Below, piece by piece: positions 15,455 through 35,789 of a stretch of 64,000 bases of DNA. Location: the NCBI RefSeq assembly GCF_009914755.1, contig NC_060929.1. The stretch is one strand, 5' to 3'. Every line of letters starts with the position of its first letter. Positions within the stretch are counted from its first letter, which is position 1. The position numbers and the translations under genes are program-made. Under the pieces are notes generated by a model, which was given only the letters and a program-made list of their open reading frames with translations, was not told where the DNA came from and searched no databases. This stretch comes from the human T2T-CHM13v2.0 reference genome, Homo sapiens.

Positions 15455-15736
15455 GGCCAGGCATGGTGTCTCACGCCTATAATCCCAGCAATTCAAGAGG
15501 CCGAGGTGGGCGGATCACTTGAGGTCAGGAGTTGGAGACCAGCCTGACCATCATGTTGAAACCCTGTCTCTACTAAAAATACAAAAATTAGCTGGGCATG
15601 GTGGCAGGTGCCTGTAATCCGAGCTACTCAGGAGGCTAAGGCAGGAGGCTGCAGTGAGCCTAGATCATGCCACTGCACTCCAGACTAGGCGACAGAGTGA
15701 GACTCCATCTCAAAATAAAAATTAAAAAAAAAAAAG
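15455..15736 (+). mobile_element. AluS (Sx/Sz-like) with an internal right-arm deletion
   Basis: TSD GATCTGATACAAG at 15442-15454 and 15737-15749. The AATCGCTTGAACCCGGGAGGC segment is missing near 15645. Confidence 0.93.
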
Positions 15737-15895
15737 GATCTGATACAAGTTCTTCACTCCAATGTAGTATGCTTTGTTTCCATCCCCATTCTTTGTGCTG
15801 TTATTGTCAAATACATTGCATTTTTACGCTGATGGCTCAATAAATACAAATATGTAAATGTTATTTCATACAATTGCTTTTAAAATCAACTATGA

Positions 15896-16319
<424 letters not shown>

Positions 16320-17428
16320 TATCATGTGAATTTGAATTGCTGTCTACCTATCACTAGCTCTCAGCCTGAAAACCTGCTTCCATATTTTGTATTAGCTGGG
16401 ATTGACAACAACACATTCACTCAGCTTTTGTTTATCTGGGAATGTCTTTCTTTTGTCTTCAGTTTTGAAAATCATTTTGTTGTACATAAGATCTTTGCTG
16501 ACAGATTTTTTTTTGGCTGGTTTTAATTTTAACATTTAACATAATATTCCATTGCCTTCTGACATGTATTTTTTTCTAGTTGGAAATTCACTGTTAACTT
16601 GGGCTTTTATTACAAATGATAAATAGTTTTCTTCTTGCTATTTTCAAGATTTTCTCTCTCTCTTTGGCTTTCAACATTTTACTTGATGTGTCTGATTTGG
16701 ATCTCCTTGTTTTCATCCTATTGTACTGTGTTGAGCTTCTGGGTTTGTAATTCCTGCTTTTCATCACATTGAAAAGGTTACAATCGCTTTATCATTAAAT
16801 ATTGCTTCTTTTCCTTTCTTAGTGTTCACTATCTCTCTATCTAAACTTATATGTGTGTATACATATATATATATTTACATATATGTGTAGTGTGTGTGTT
16901 TGTATATACATTACCAACACATATTTGTATGCAGACAATGAACCTCACTGACTCATATGTGTCCAAAATTCAGAGCAACAAAAAACAAAACACAGCAGAA
17001 AAAGTGTGTTTTTATTGCTATTATTGTCTCTTATTTTAAAAATTGAAATAATGTCAGCTCTTAATCTTCTACATTAAATGCCATCGAAATGGTATAACTC
17101 AGAATATTCTTTTAAAAAAACAACAATTCAAGCTCTTAGAATCTGATCAATATCTCTGAGTGTTACTATCCTAAGGGAGAAATCTTAATCTACCTCATAG
17201 TGCTAAAATGTCATAGCTCTTTGACATTAAAAGCTTCCCCAGTTTTCTAAAGAGAATTATCCCAATGATAGGGCAAGGTTCTCTTATTTGTCAGATCCTG
17301 TACAACTTTAAAGATTAGATGTCAGGGACATAGTGCCATAGAGATTCCTCCATGCCTCTCTGCCACCCCTCACAAGCAACCGTCTCTCTATTATACTCTG
17401 CTTAGGGAATCTCCCTTTTATAAACAAC

Positions 17429-17930
17429 TGTATTGTTTTCTATTGCAGCTATAAGCACTTACAACAAACTTTCTGGCATAAAACAACACAAACTTATGAC
17501 CTTACAGATCTGGAAGCCAAAGGTCCAAAATATGTCTCACTGTGCTAAAATCAAGGTGTCCACAGGGATGCATTCATTTTTGGAAACTCTAGGGAAGAAT
17601 CTGTTTTCTTGCCTTTTCCAACTTTGAGAGGCTGCCCAGATTCTTTGGGTCATGATCCCATTTTATCCTGAAAACCAGCTACGGACAGTTGAGTCTTTCT
17701 CACATTGCGCATCACTGTGATACTAACTCCCCTAACTCCCTCTTCCATATTTTAGGGATCCTTGTGATACATTATGCCTACCCAGATAATCCAGTATAAT
17801 CTTCATTTTTAAACGCCAAATTCCATCTGAACCCTTAACTCCCTTAAGCGATGTAACATAATAACATATTCACAGACTCCAGAGATTAAGAGCTGGATAT
17901 CTTTGGGGGCCTCTTATTTTGCTTACTGCA
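17429..17930 (-). mobile_element. MLT1 (C/D-like) solo LTR
   Basis: Begins TGTATTGTTTTCTATTGCAGCTATAA, contains AATCAAGGTGTC and CCCAGATAATCCAG, ends GCTTACTGCA. Confidence 0.85.
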
Positions 17931-18439
17931 GTACTTTTGACTTTCTCCCACACATTTTTCTAAACAGAAACATCGGTATTTGATTAAACTTGAGGAATGG
18001 ATTGTTCCTAATTTTAATACTACCTCAAGTGAAAGTCCTGTTTAAGTCACCTAATGCTTTTACAATAAATAACATTTGGTCTAATGGTCCAGATTTAGAA
18101 ATTCAGTAGATTTCTAATCAGACCTAGAAATTCACTTTGGCATTCATGCATGTTTCAGAACTATGATATTCAGGAACTCAAATATTTCTACTCTTGATTT
18201 GTATTTCCTGAACTGACGTTTTTGTTTTAGATCATATCAGTTTCAGTTTTTTATATTCTTACTTTAAGTATAGCCATCTATAGTCTTGTGAAATTTTCAT
18301 AAATCACATTTTTTTTTTCAGAGTGGGAAAGCAAACTGTATGTTTGAAAAGAGGATTTGAAAAAAAGGCAAATGGAAATTTGACAGTAAATGCATTTAAT
18401 GGGAAAAGAACAATATGCCATATTTACTTACTTAATACC

Positions 18440-18801
18440 TGGTATGATTTGGTTGTGTCTCCACTCAAATCTCATCTTGAACTATAGCTCCCACAGTTCC
18501 CACGTGTTGTGGGAGGGAACTGTTAGGAGGTAATTGAATCATAGGGGTGGGTCTTTCCCATGCTGTTCTCATGATAGTGAATAAGTCTCATAAGATCTGA
18601 TGGTTTTATAAAGAGGTGTTTCCGTGAACAAGTTCTCTTCTTTTGTCTAACGCCATGTGAGACATGCCTTTCACCTTCCACCATCATTGTGAGGCCTCCC
18701 CAGCCACGTGGAACCGTGAGTCCATGAAACCTCTTTCTTTTGTAAATTGCCCAGTTTCAGGCATGTCTTTATCAGCAGCAGCATGAAAACAGACTAATAC
18801 A
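18440..18801 (+). mobile_element. THE1 (B-like) solo LTR
   Basis: TG...GACTAATACA termini. 5-bp TSD ATACC at 18435-18439 and 18802-18806. Confidence 0.93.
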
Positions 18802-19245
18802 ATACCCGTCCCCCTTTATTTAGGTTATGTGATATAGTAATAGCAATGAATGAGCATGTGATTCCTCATTTACTTCCTGCATTGAGAAATTTTATTAACC
18901 ATTAAATCCTTGTCTCCCCTCAATTTTTACTAAAACCAATAATTTTATAAATGTTTAAAAATATCTCAGGCAGAGATCATTAAGAACATCTTCCATATTT
19001 TCTTTAATGATTACTTTTATTCTGATAAATGTCACTGCTTTAGGAAGGCTTTGAAAATTCCCATAGTGTGTGTAGGTATATTCACATATTTTTTAAAGGA
19101 GGCAAATTCATGAGATTAATTAAACATTTCACTTCATTTTATATTTCATTATTAACATGTTTTGTCAAAGGAGCTAAAAGTTGGGCAACTGTTATAATAA
19201 CAAAGTCCTATTTGTTTTTGTTGTTGTTGTTAACAAATAACTCAT

Positions 19246-19597
19246 CATATTAGTCCATTTTCATGCTGCTTATAAAGACATACCTGAGACTGGGAAGAAA
19301 AGGAGGTTTAATTGGAGGTACAGTTCCACATGGCTAGGGAGGCCTCAGAATCATGGCAGGATATGAAAGGCACTTCTTACATGGCGGCGGCAAGAGAAAA
19401 TGAGGATGGAAAAGCAGAAACCCCTGATAAAACCATCAGATCTCAGAAGACTTATTCACTATCATGAGAACACTATGAAGAAAACCATCCCCATGATTCA
19501 AATGATCTCCCACCAGCTCCCTCCCACAACACTTGGGAATTATGGGAGTACAATTCAAGATAAGATTTGGGTGGGAACTCAGAGCCAAACCATGTCA
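19246..19597 (-). mobile_element. THE1 solo LTR
   Basis: TATTAGTCCATTTTCATGCTGC...GATTTGGGTGGGAACTCAGAGCCAAACCATGTCA. Confidence 0.9.
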
Positions 19598-19650
19598 TTT
19601 GGCATTTGTAAATATTTGCACAGGGAGAATTAGAAAAATGATATTTTACC

Positions 19651-21265
19651 TGTTATGGTCTGAACATTTGTACCTTTCCAAAATTCACATGTTGAAACTC
19701 TAATCCCCAAAATGATGGTATAAGGAGGTGGGGCTTTTGGAAAATGATTAGGTCATCGGAGTAAAGCCTTCATGAATGAAATGAGTGACTTTATAAAATA
19801 AGTCTGAGAGAGACCTCCCGCTGAGCTGTTCCGCCATTTGAATTTATAGCAAAAAAACAGATGTTTATGAACCAGCAAGTAGGCTGACCCTCACCAGATA
19901 CCTAATCTGCTGGTGCCTTGATCTTAAACTTCCCTGCCTCTAAAACTATGAAAAATAAATGTCTGTCATTTATAAGCTACATAGTATGTATCAATTTATT
20001 ACAGCAATTCAAACAGACTAAGAGAAAATTAGTACTAAAGAGTGGGGGTGCTCTATGCTATAACATATACCTAAACATATGGAAGTGGGGACGTTTTGGG
20101 ATTGGGTAGTGGGTAGAGGCTAAAAGAGTTTCAAAGTGCATGGTAGAAAAAGTCAACACAGCTCTGAAAGGATCTTTAGAATGTGAGTCTGGTGTGAGCT
20201 CTGAAGGACAGGAGAAAAGCTGTAGAGAAAGCTGGAATTTTCTTAGAGACTAAGTAGTCAAGAATATAATGCTGGCAGAAATAAGCTTGGTAAAGGTCAC
20301 ACTGATGAAGTTTCAGGTTGAAATGAGGAACATGTCATTGGAAAATGGAGAAAAGGTCACTCTCTTAATAAAGGAGTAAAGAATTTGGCTGAATTTTCCT
20401 CGTGTTTTCAGGAAAGTAGAAATTGTAAGCACTGAAATAGAATATTTGGCTGAGGAAATTTCTGAGCAAAGTATTGGAAGAGTGGCCTGGTTCCTCTTGC
20501 CTGCTGATAGTAAAATATGCAAAGAGAAAAATGATTTAAAATTGATTGTAACCAAAAGGGAAGCAGAACTTCAAAATCTTGAAGCAGATTCAGCCTATCT
20601 ACATTGGAAAGCATGAGGAAACCTGTTTGGGAGAGAACAAGTGTGGGCCAACCAACTGTTGGATAAGTAGATTAGTATGGATAGGCCACCTCAATGGAAG
20701 GTAGGTGCTATTCATCAAAAATAATGAAAGGGTTATGCTGCCATCTAAACAGAAGCCAGGGCTTATTGTAAAAGGCAATGGAAGAATGACCCTGAAGGCA
20801 TTTTAGAGATTGTCTATGCTGCCATTCCCATCACGAGCCCAGAATTCCAGGGTCTGGGGGGCAGAAGTTTATCAAAAGAGAGACCACCACTGATTATAAC
20901 AGCCTCCTCACATTGCAGTCTCCACTCCCCGCACTCTGCAGTTCTCCTCCTCAGTCACCCCACCAGTGAAATCAGCAGCCTTAGCGAAGTGTGTATTTCA
21001 CCCAGGAAAGCAGAGGGGATGTGACTAGATTTCAAAGGATGCCCTGAGAGAGCTAGAAGGTCCAGGCAGAGAACCCACAGGGATGGGCCCACCTCAGAGA
21101 ACTGCCATGGGGACAGGCTATCACAGAGAGCACCAACTAAGGTAATGCCAGCAGAGCCATGGGGGCAAGGCTGCCTCCATGAACCCAGATTTCAGCACTG
21201 GAGAGCTGCAGCCCTTACAATTTGATATATTTTGCCCTGTTGGTGTTGGACTTGATCTGGGCCTG
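19651..21265 (+). mobile_element. MLT1A/MST-type LTR (19651-~20021) plus MaLR internal sequence
   Basis: LTR TGTTATGGTCTGAA...CAGACTAAGA is followed directly by GAAAATTAGTACTAAAGAGTGGGG, typical of a MaLR internal start. No 3' LTR seen. Confidence 0.8.
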
Positions 21266-22243
21266 TGTGTATATGAATGCACATACATACATGCATGCAT
21301 CCATATCTACATCTACATAAACATATATACATATAAATAATATCAGATTTTCAGCAAACATGAGGTGTGTGTATTTTAGTTCCTTGCATGTCATCTCAGA
21401 AATTGAGGTCACAGGAATAGATTAAAACAGGCTCTTTTTTGTCTTCAATATTTTATTCTCAGAAAAATCTTTCTTAACTACTCTACACCCTGATCTATAT
21501 TCTCTTCATGTTGTCAATGATTATGTTGTACTCCCAATTTCCAGGACAGCAGAACAGATATGCTTTTTTTTTTTCTTTGTGCTTTAAATGCTACAAATGA
21601 AAATTACTGGTTTAAGACACAGTTTAATTTGTAATCACATTTGGCTTTGCCAAATTAATGAGTATATTCTAATTGATAAATGCTGCAATTTTTTTCATAC
21701 TAAACACTTGTCTCCTTCTATCCACGATTTTATTTCTAAAATGTTATGTTTTAAAGCAAAGCTTCAAACAATAGGTGTTTGTGTATGAGTGGTATACGTA
21801 TGCGAGTGTATGTGTTTAATTTTTTTCCAAAGGAAAAATTAAGTGTTCTTAATTTTGTGCTTGAAATACAGAAATACATTTTTTTTGCACACAGATGTCT
21901 ACTTCTAAAACTGATAAGCCCATGTGTCTTTTTTCTAACCTAAATCAGCTTATAATATCGTTGATCATACCACATTGCTAAAGGTCAAAGCACTTTTTAA
22001 CAGATGTATAGGTACTTTAATGTCAAGTCAGAAAGAAACATGCTCCCTTATTATAAAATATTTACTAACAGATAAAATATAACACCCACACAGATACTGA
22101 AATGTTGTTCTAATGATTAGCCGTCCTTTTATTAATTAGTTTATTTTTGAAGCCCTTTGTATAAAGATGGCTAGATCCCTGGAAAGCTGGTAAACTTTTT
22201 AGATTTATTTTTATCTATAATCACATCCAAAAACATTGCCAGA

Positions 22244-22649
22244 TGTATTAGGCTGTTGTTGCACTGCTATAAAGAAATACCTGAGACTAGGTAACTTATA
22301 AGAAGAGATATTTAATTGGCTCACGGTTCTGCAGGCTGTGTAGGAAGCATAGTGATACCTGCTTCTGGAGAGGCCTCAGGGAGCTCTTAGTCATGGCAGA
22401 AAGTGAGGCAGGACCAGGCCCGTCACGATGAGACCAGGAGCAAGAGAGATGGGAGGAGGCACTACTCACCTGTAAACAATGAGATCTTGTGAGAATTCAC
22501 TCACTATCACAAGAACAGCACTAAGGGGATGGTATTCATGAGGGATCCACCCCCATGATCCAATCACCTCCCATCACACTCCACCTCCAACATTGGGGAT
22601 TACAGTTCAACATGAGATTTGGGTGAGGTCACATATCCAAATTATATCA
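22244..22649 (-). mobile_element. MSTA/B solo LTR
   Basis: TGTATTAGGC...CCAAATTATATCA. 5-bp TSD CCAGA at 22239-22243 and 22650-22654. Confidence 0.92.
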
Positions 22650-24752
22650 CCAGATTAGGATTTTTGTTTTGTCTTAAGCAGTCTTTATATTCAAGGACAA
22701 GTGAGGAAGACTTCCTCAAATAGTTTTTGTTTTAAGTAATCTGACCTATTTTGGGGAAAGAAATGAGAAGTTCTTCTACAAAAGTGATTGATTCTCCACT
22801 AAATTGTTATAGTTTCATGATTCCTAAAAATGGGTTTATGCTATAGAGATTTGATATCTCCTATACGCCACTCTCAGGTTGGCCCTCTCCATTACAAGGC
22901 AAGGAAGGGGAGGAAATGGACTCAAATCTCTCAGCCTCACCTCTATCCTTTCTGACTCCAAGAGGTGATGGAGAGAGGAAAGAAAGGAAAGAGAAGGCAA
23001 GCATGACAAAACTTCTCTACCTTTGAGTCATTTTTAAAGCCACAAAAGGTGGAATTCAGCTATCTTCATCAGCAAAATGAGATGGGTGATGAGTGGGTTG
23101 GCCAGATGACAAATTGCTAAGCATCACTCTCACTAAATGTTGTATACGTAACCTCCACAGCTCCAGCAAGCTCTCAGGAATATAACCCAAGGGTCCATGC
23201 ATATAAGCTAAGGAAATTTTATAATATTTCTCCATTTACTTCTCATATCTTCAACAATAAGTTATATGAGGTACCTGCCAAAAGCAGAGGTAACTTCTAT
23301 TTTTTAGTATTTTAAAATAATTAACAAAGTATACATTTTATAAAACTAAGAGATCAAACATTGAATTATTACAATGCTTATCTATTTCCTATTCAAAAAA
23401 TTGCATCATATTGTATCTTAACACACTGAGTTTCACATTTTTCTGGGGAAATTTTCTTATGTAGAGTTGTGAGGAGTTTCAGAACCTCACTGTTGGAGGG
23501 CAAGTGACCACTGGTTTTGCATGTGACCTACTGTGTTCTGCAAAAGTACAGCACATTGTCTGCACATTTCTAAACATTCATGAATCAAAACGAAGGAACA
23601 GTGATTACATCCTTTTATATATTTTTAAAAGGTTTCACGTCTATTAATGACATGAAATATTCAACAGAAAAATTTAAAAATTATTTCACACGAGAGATAT
23701 ATGCATTTCATATTTCTTATATTGTAATAAATAAAATAGGTTTTGTTGAAAATGGTAAACACAATATTTGTTGTGACTTTCTTGACTTTAATAGTCGATA
23801 CTAAATTTATTTAGCTTTTATTATAGGCTTTTTCCACAAAAAGAGGAAAGAATTATTATGTGACTATTTGAGTGTCAAGGGGCTTGCTTCAGGTGTATAA
23901 GAGGGAATTGTCTAAGTTTAATTTCTCTTTAATTTTTCTGAAAATATTTCACACAGGATCAAGAACATCTTGATAAAGAAAAGATAGTGTTCTTTTGCAA
24001 ATGCAAATAACAACATAAAAATCATCTCCCTTGTCAGCGAGAAATGTTCTACTCAGACAGAAAGTAAATGTTTGCCTATAATATCTCATACTTAGAAATG
24101 GATTGGATATACATACATCAAATTTACATTCTATAAATTATCCACATGAAGTCCTAATATTTACCTCCATTATGCATTGCTGGAGTAATAGGAAGTACAC
24201 ACAGCCAAAGTTATGTTTATTGAAACCTCTTTTGTTACTTCTGCAATCTACCTTATCAAGAAGAGTCTTGCATAAGAACCTTGGTGGCAATAGCTCTGAA
24301 GTGATCATCTGATCCAAATATATATTTACTGCATTAAATACATTTTATTTAACTCAGAAAATTAAAAATATACAAAATGCAGATTACAAGTATTAGGGAG
24401 GATGTGGAGAAAAGGGAAAGCTTGTATTTTGTGTGTGAAACTGTAAAATAGTACAACCACTACAGAAAACTGCATGGAGGTTCCTTAAGAAGCTAAAAAT
24501 TAAATTACCATATGATCCAGCAATCTGATTTCTGAGTGTATGTCTAAAATACATGAAATCAGCATGATGAAGAGATATCTGCACTTCAGATATTGAAGTA
24601 TCATTCATAACAGCCAAGTTACGGAATCAACCAAGTGTCCATCAGAGATGAATGAATAAAGAAAAGGTGGTATATATATACAATGGAATATTATTCAGCA
24701 TTAAGAGAGGGAAATTCTGTCATCTGCAACAAAATGAATAAACCTGGAAGAC

Positions 24753-27240
<2,488 letters not shown>

Positions 27241-28065
27241 AAGACATTATGCTAAGTGAAATAAGCCAGGCACAGAAAGACAAATACCATATGTTCTCAC
27301 TTTTATGTGGACTCTATAATAGCTGAATTCTAGAAGTAGAGAACAGAATAGTTACCAGAGATTTAGGAGTGAGAGGAATGAAGAGATATTGTTGAAAGAG
27401 TGCAATATTTCTGTGAGACAGGAGAAATAAATGGTAATTATTAGAGGCGATGGGTATGAACTTGATTTAGTCATTCCAAATTGGATGCATATATTAAAGC
27501 ATAACTCTATACCCTATAAATGTAAGTGATTATAATCTGTCAATATTCAATATAATATACACATATATGTAATTATATACAGATACCTATAATATATAGA
27601 AAATGCATCTACTGAGGCTGAATGAACCTTTCTTTAAACTGGAAGCTGTAAAATTGATCAATATAAATATATATAATGATATATAAAGGTTATAGTGGGC
27701 CTATTGGGTCTTCTAATAACAACCTCTATATTTCTCCCCACTAAATAATGAGTATTAATCAGAGTGCCTAATGGAATAATTTTAGTCCAATCAATTATTT
27801 TCTTCAGCATCTAATTTTCTCATATTCCATAATGTCTTGTTTTCATGCATAACATTTTTTTCCTTCAGGACCATTATACTAAATTTTATTTATTTTATGT
27901 GCACTTGTTCCAAGCACATTTTCTTAAATGTCTGTTCCTTATCTATTGATTTCTATGGAAATTTTTATTTTCCTCCAAAATGGCATCTGGGAGTTCATAT
28001 GTTTGGACCATTTTTATCCTCATTGCTGTTTGTCTTCATTTGTCTTTTTCTCTGATCACTATTTT

Positions 28066-28127
28066 ATATATATACACACACACACACACACATACATACA
28101 TATATAAATATATATGTGCATATATAT
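28066..28127. repeat. (TA)n(CA)n compound microsatellite
   Basis: Read directly from the sequence. Confidence 0.85.
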
Positions 28128-28364
28128 TTCCCAGCATTTAATACATTTAATATCCCTTAGTGGATAGGGATGACAACTTACAAATTTAAATACTTTTTTT
28201 TATAAAGGAGTCATTTTTTTCTATTGAATTTAAGCTAAAACATGATCCCTCAGTTCTGTAGGCCATTGCACTTTCAATATAGCATTATTAAATCCAAATC
28301 ATTACATAGCAATAAGCAAATAACTACACCCATAAGAAGAATGCCCATATAATTGAGCAAAAGA

Positions 28365-28992
28365 ACACTTTGCCCTGGAGCCTGTGCTTTCAAGGGCTCC
28401 ACTATGGTCCTCTCTCTGGCCACATTCCTCCCCAAAGTACAAGGAGTTTACCAGGTCCAAGGGGATGAGGTTAGTTGGAGGTGATGCTGCTCACCCCCAC
28501 CTACCACCTTTGAGATCATGCTGTAGAACATAAAGACTTAGAATTCTGTCTTCAAAGGGTTTTGAGACTGCTTCCAGCATCCATGTTCCTCTCCACCAGT
28601 TCTGTCTTTCATGGTGAACCACATATACAGAGTGCACAACTAGAGGCCCTGTGGGCCAATGGGAAGCTTTTTGCTAGAGCTACAGTGGTAGACTGAGTTT
28701 CAACATATCAACAGAGGTACCCAAAATGTATACACACAAGGCCTCTCACGGTGTGAGACCAGGTCAGGGCACTGGCTCTCTCTATGTCCTCATATTCTGT
28801 GCTGGATGTTGACGGCCCAAGAATTCTAGTTCCAAACCTGAATTTCATTGAGAAGGTATATGTGTCAAAGTGAGAGAACACAGCATACTTTATTTAACAG
28901 TTTGTTAACTTGATTTATAACTTTTAAATATGCAAACATACACTATATAGGTTTTGATTATTATCCTTGCCCTAGGCCTTAAGAATGTTAAG
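28365..28992. mobile_element. Possible decayed hAT-Tip100 (MER45-like) DNA transposon
   Basis: GC-richer block ending CCTTGCCCTAGGCCTTAAGAATGTTA, loosely like a MER45-type terminus. Weak. Confidence 0.3.
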
Positions 28993-29429
28993 TTTAAGAC
29001 AACTGAATATTTTATTACATATAAAAATGCAACCACATATACTCAAAAACATTAATGTCAAACTAGTAGTCCCTACTTCTAAAATATAATGAAATATTCC
29101 ATTTAACATTATATTTAGAGTGGCTCCCTTATGGAATCATGACATCTTTGCTGATTTAGTTACAGTTGAACTAAGTATTTTGCCTGAAATCAACACTTTA
29201 TTTTTCAAAACTCCCAAGATATAGTGTGTGACAGATATGTCTTCCACTTATTTTTTTAACCTAGGCTTTATTAATAAGACAAATTATTAGTCACAAATAA
29301 AACCTTAAAAATACAGTTCAGCCTTATTTACAACTATTTAGTTGTTTACCTAAAATATCCTACATTATACACACACAGGCGCACACACACATATTTCTAA
29401 TAGAAACTATAAGAAGCAGCCTCGACAAA

Positions 29430-29865
29430 TCAAGAGGACATTATGTTACGTAAAATAAGCTAAGAACAGAAAGTTAAACACTGCATGTTCTCACTCATAT
29501 GTGGAAACTAAAAAAAAGTTGATCTCAGAGGAGGAAAAATAGAATGGAATATACTAGAGACAGGGAAGGGTGGGATGAGAGAAGGATAAAGAGAGATTTG
29601 TCAAGGGATACAAAATTACAGCTAGAGACAAATAAGTTCTAGTGTTCTATAGCATTGTGGGATGACCGTAGTTGATAATAATATATAGTTTCAAATTGCT
29701 AGAAGGGGTATACTGAATGTTCCCATCACAAAGAAATGATAAATTTTGACATGATGGATATGTGAATTACACGAATCTGTTAACTATTCATTTTATGTAT
29801 CAAAATATCACTACATACCCCATAAATATGTACAATTATCACATGTCAATTTAAAAAATATAATA
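29430..29865 (+). mobile_element. L1MA 3'UTR fragment
   Basis: GAGGACATTATGTTA...GCATGTTCTCACTCATATGTGG...CCCATAAATATGTACAATTAT. Confidence 0.85.
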
Positions 29866-30045
29866 ATTAAGAAAAAATACAAAACATTAAATAACGGTGA
29901 TAGTAGATTTGTCCTCTCAAATATTAAAACATTCGATAAATTTACATAGTTAAAATAGAGGGTAAATATAGAAAAATAATAAAAATTGTGATGACTCGTG
30001 TGATAACTTGACAGTGCTACTTTGAATATTAAGAATAGTGTAGCT

Positions 30046-30432
<387 letters not shown>

Positions 30433-32565
30433 TTAACAGGTGCAAACGTTTAAATAAGTGTATCCTCTCTAAATGATTTGAACTTGCTGATGGATAATCA
30501 AGGTCATAATGTTTGGGACATAAATGCCTGTATACTTATACCAAAATATATCAGCAGTTACAGTTAAAATGATCTTACATATTATTTGTCATATCAGGAC
30601 TATTACTATTACTATAATTACTATTTTCATTATGCTGAAGGTATATGATAAATTTTGAGATGTGATTGATGGATGCTTAGGTTTGAAGAAGCAAAATTAG
30701 AGAAAGAGCTTAAAGGTGTCTCCGATATCTTCCTTTCTCCCTGGATATGGGCTCTGTAACTACTACATTCAAATATAATCTGGAATATCTAAGGTCCTTT
30801 CTTCACAATCTTCCACAAGGGGCTGAGAATCATAATGAGACACATTAATGAAGCCTAGTTATCATCTGATAATACTGTCATTAACATTTATTATCACATA
30901 ATTAGATTGTGCATTAGCCGTTTCTCAGAGCCACTTTAAAAGGAAAAAAAATACGAAGACATATATGAGAACAAACACTGTAAGGAGTGCCTGTATAGTG
31001 ATAATGTTTCGGAGTGAATGAGACATTTTATCACCTGGCATATTAACAGTGTGAAAGGACAGGGATCATATCAACCTCTCCCCTTCTTCTCTCTATCCTT
31101 TGCATATTAGTTACGTGTTAAATCTTCTACCTTCTCAAACTGGGGCAATAATCTTAGCAATGACAGTTTTAGTGATGGGAGGAAATCATAATAGCTGTGG
31201 GTAATTGTTAGAAAGAATCAACACAGCTCTGAACTTTATAGGTCATGATATCTCTGTAGCTTGTGGGTTTAGCTGCATTTTGAAAAAGATAACTGTGTCT
31301 CCCTTAGCATCTTCCTTTTTCCTATTTTTTCTTGTAAGTTTACAAAGGTCAGATGCCAGTATGATCTAGAATAAGAGGTTTTGTGGCTGACTTTGAAAGG
31401 TTACTTTAGAGAAAAATCTCATGAAGCAGCAGTACCCCAAAGTGCTGCGGGGAATGTGGCTAAAATCTTGTTACATCCTAATGGAGCTTCTAACACATTA
31501 GACATATAGAGCATTGGATTCCAGAATGTGTCTGAGAGATTTAGTGTCTAGTTACTAAAAGGAAACGAAGAGGCATCTCAAGGTTAGAGTTACACTGACG
31601 AGGTCATGTTCATGGGACATCAAAGCAATGTGGAAATCAATTCTACCATCATAGCAAAGCCTGAAGTGCCTGTTTAATGATTAATTAGAATAATAATTGA
31701 AATGCAACATAATTATGATAAAGAAGGAAATGCCAGGGGCTTCTTTTCTCTATGGACTACAATACCATAGTGAATTGGGCCTTTCAAAATCCAGAAACTT
31801 TTTATTGGCTGTTCGTTTCACGAAAGCAGAAATACTCCAGGATGTGTTTTCAGTAATTAAGGTAATCTTTATAATACATATTTTTCTTTAGCCCAGCTGA
31901 CTATCCAAATGAGTGAGTGTTTGGTGACTAATGTAAATAGCTGTATGAACCAATTCCAGATATTTTAGCTGTGAATGACTTGATGATAATTATAACAGAA
32001 GCAAAATGAGTGTTCCTCATTTTAATGTGACCTAATAACACCATATCATTTAAGACAATATTTATTTTTTAGTATAATATGAACTGGTCCTAATTCTGAG
32101 GTATGCTCATACCTTAGAGTATCAACACTAGAGAGTTATTACAATTAATGACTGGCTTTCTATTGTGTTCGAGCCAATTAAATTTTTTTTTCAAAATTCT
32201 CTTCTGCAAGTCATTTCTGAGGTCTCCTTGCAAACCATTTGCACAGTCATAACATCTATACAAGTATTTGCTTATCACCTTGGCCAGAAAAATCTCTTTT
32301 CAAGGCTGCTTCACAGGGTTTCTTGAGTATGCATGAGTCAACACACATGTTCATAGAGGAGAAGATTGTGCTGATTTGCTCTACACCAACGTTCTGTTAA
32401 AGGTGGACCCAAGTCACTTCTGTCACTGATCAGAACACCGCTTATAACCAAATAAAATAAAAATAAAAAATTTAAAATACTTAGCCTAGACCTGACTGCA
32501 ATATCTAACAAAACTTTCCTGGAGGCTTAAGTATTAAGCGAAGTACAATACAGAAAGTGACTTCC

Positions 32566-35104
<2,539 letters not shown>

Positions 35105-35789
35105 AAAGTGACTTCCCCTAGTAACAAAAGTGATTACTTTCAGGGCCCAAAGGTCCAAGACAAATATCAGGATCCCTGAAAGTTTTCATATGTTCAAGGT
35201 CTACTTAATCACAATCTATCAAAATTTTCTGGTTTTATTTTAACTTTAATGCCTTAGTTCACCAGATTCTTCATTTCTACGTCCTGATTCCAAAAGCTTC
35301 AATAGTCATGAAAATGTCGTCTTCCTTCAAATTCAAGGATTGTTACCACTCAAAAGTTAGACACAGCACACATATCCATTTATTTATGTGTGAAGTCCTC
35401 TCTCCTATCTGCTGTGGATCATTCAATCTCCAGGTCTCCCAGAGAATATCACAGTATTTTTTCAAAGTCTGAAATAATTCATCACAAAATACAAAACACT
35501 ATATGTGGGCAACCAGCAGTCTAGTCTAACTCCATTTGAAAACTTAAAATGATTTTCTAAGTCTTTGAAAGACAATCCTCTTAAAAGTACACTAAAATTC
35601 ATGTGTTCAGATATACAGTGACTTTATGACTTTTGTTTTCACATGCACACACATATGAGTGCTCTCATACAGGAAGAAGTAAATTAATTTACATTTGTAT
35701 AAACATAGTACTGTTCTGCTGGTTTTCTATTAAGTAAAGGAAGACTCCTAATAGAATGGATGCTTTCTTTGCTAGAAAAAGAATTCATG

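Noticed and set aside
32095-32118. Small hairpin (also TGAGGAAG-A-CTTCCTCA at 22702-22718)
   Set aside because: Stems of 8-11 bp are too short for a miRNA or structured RNA call and are near chance frequency.
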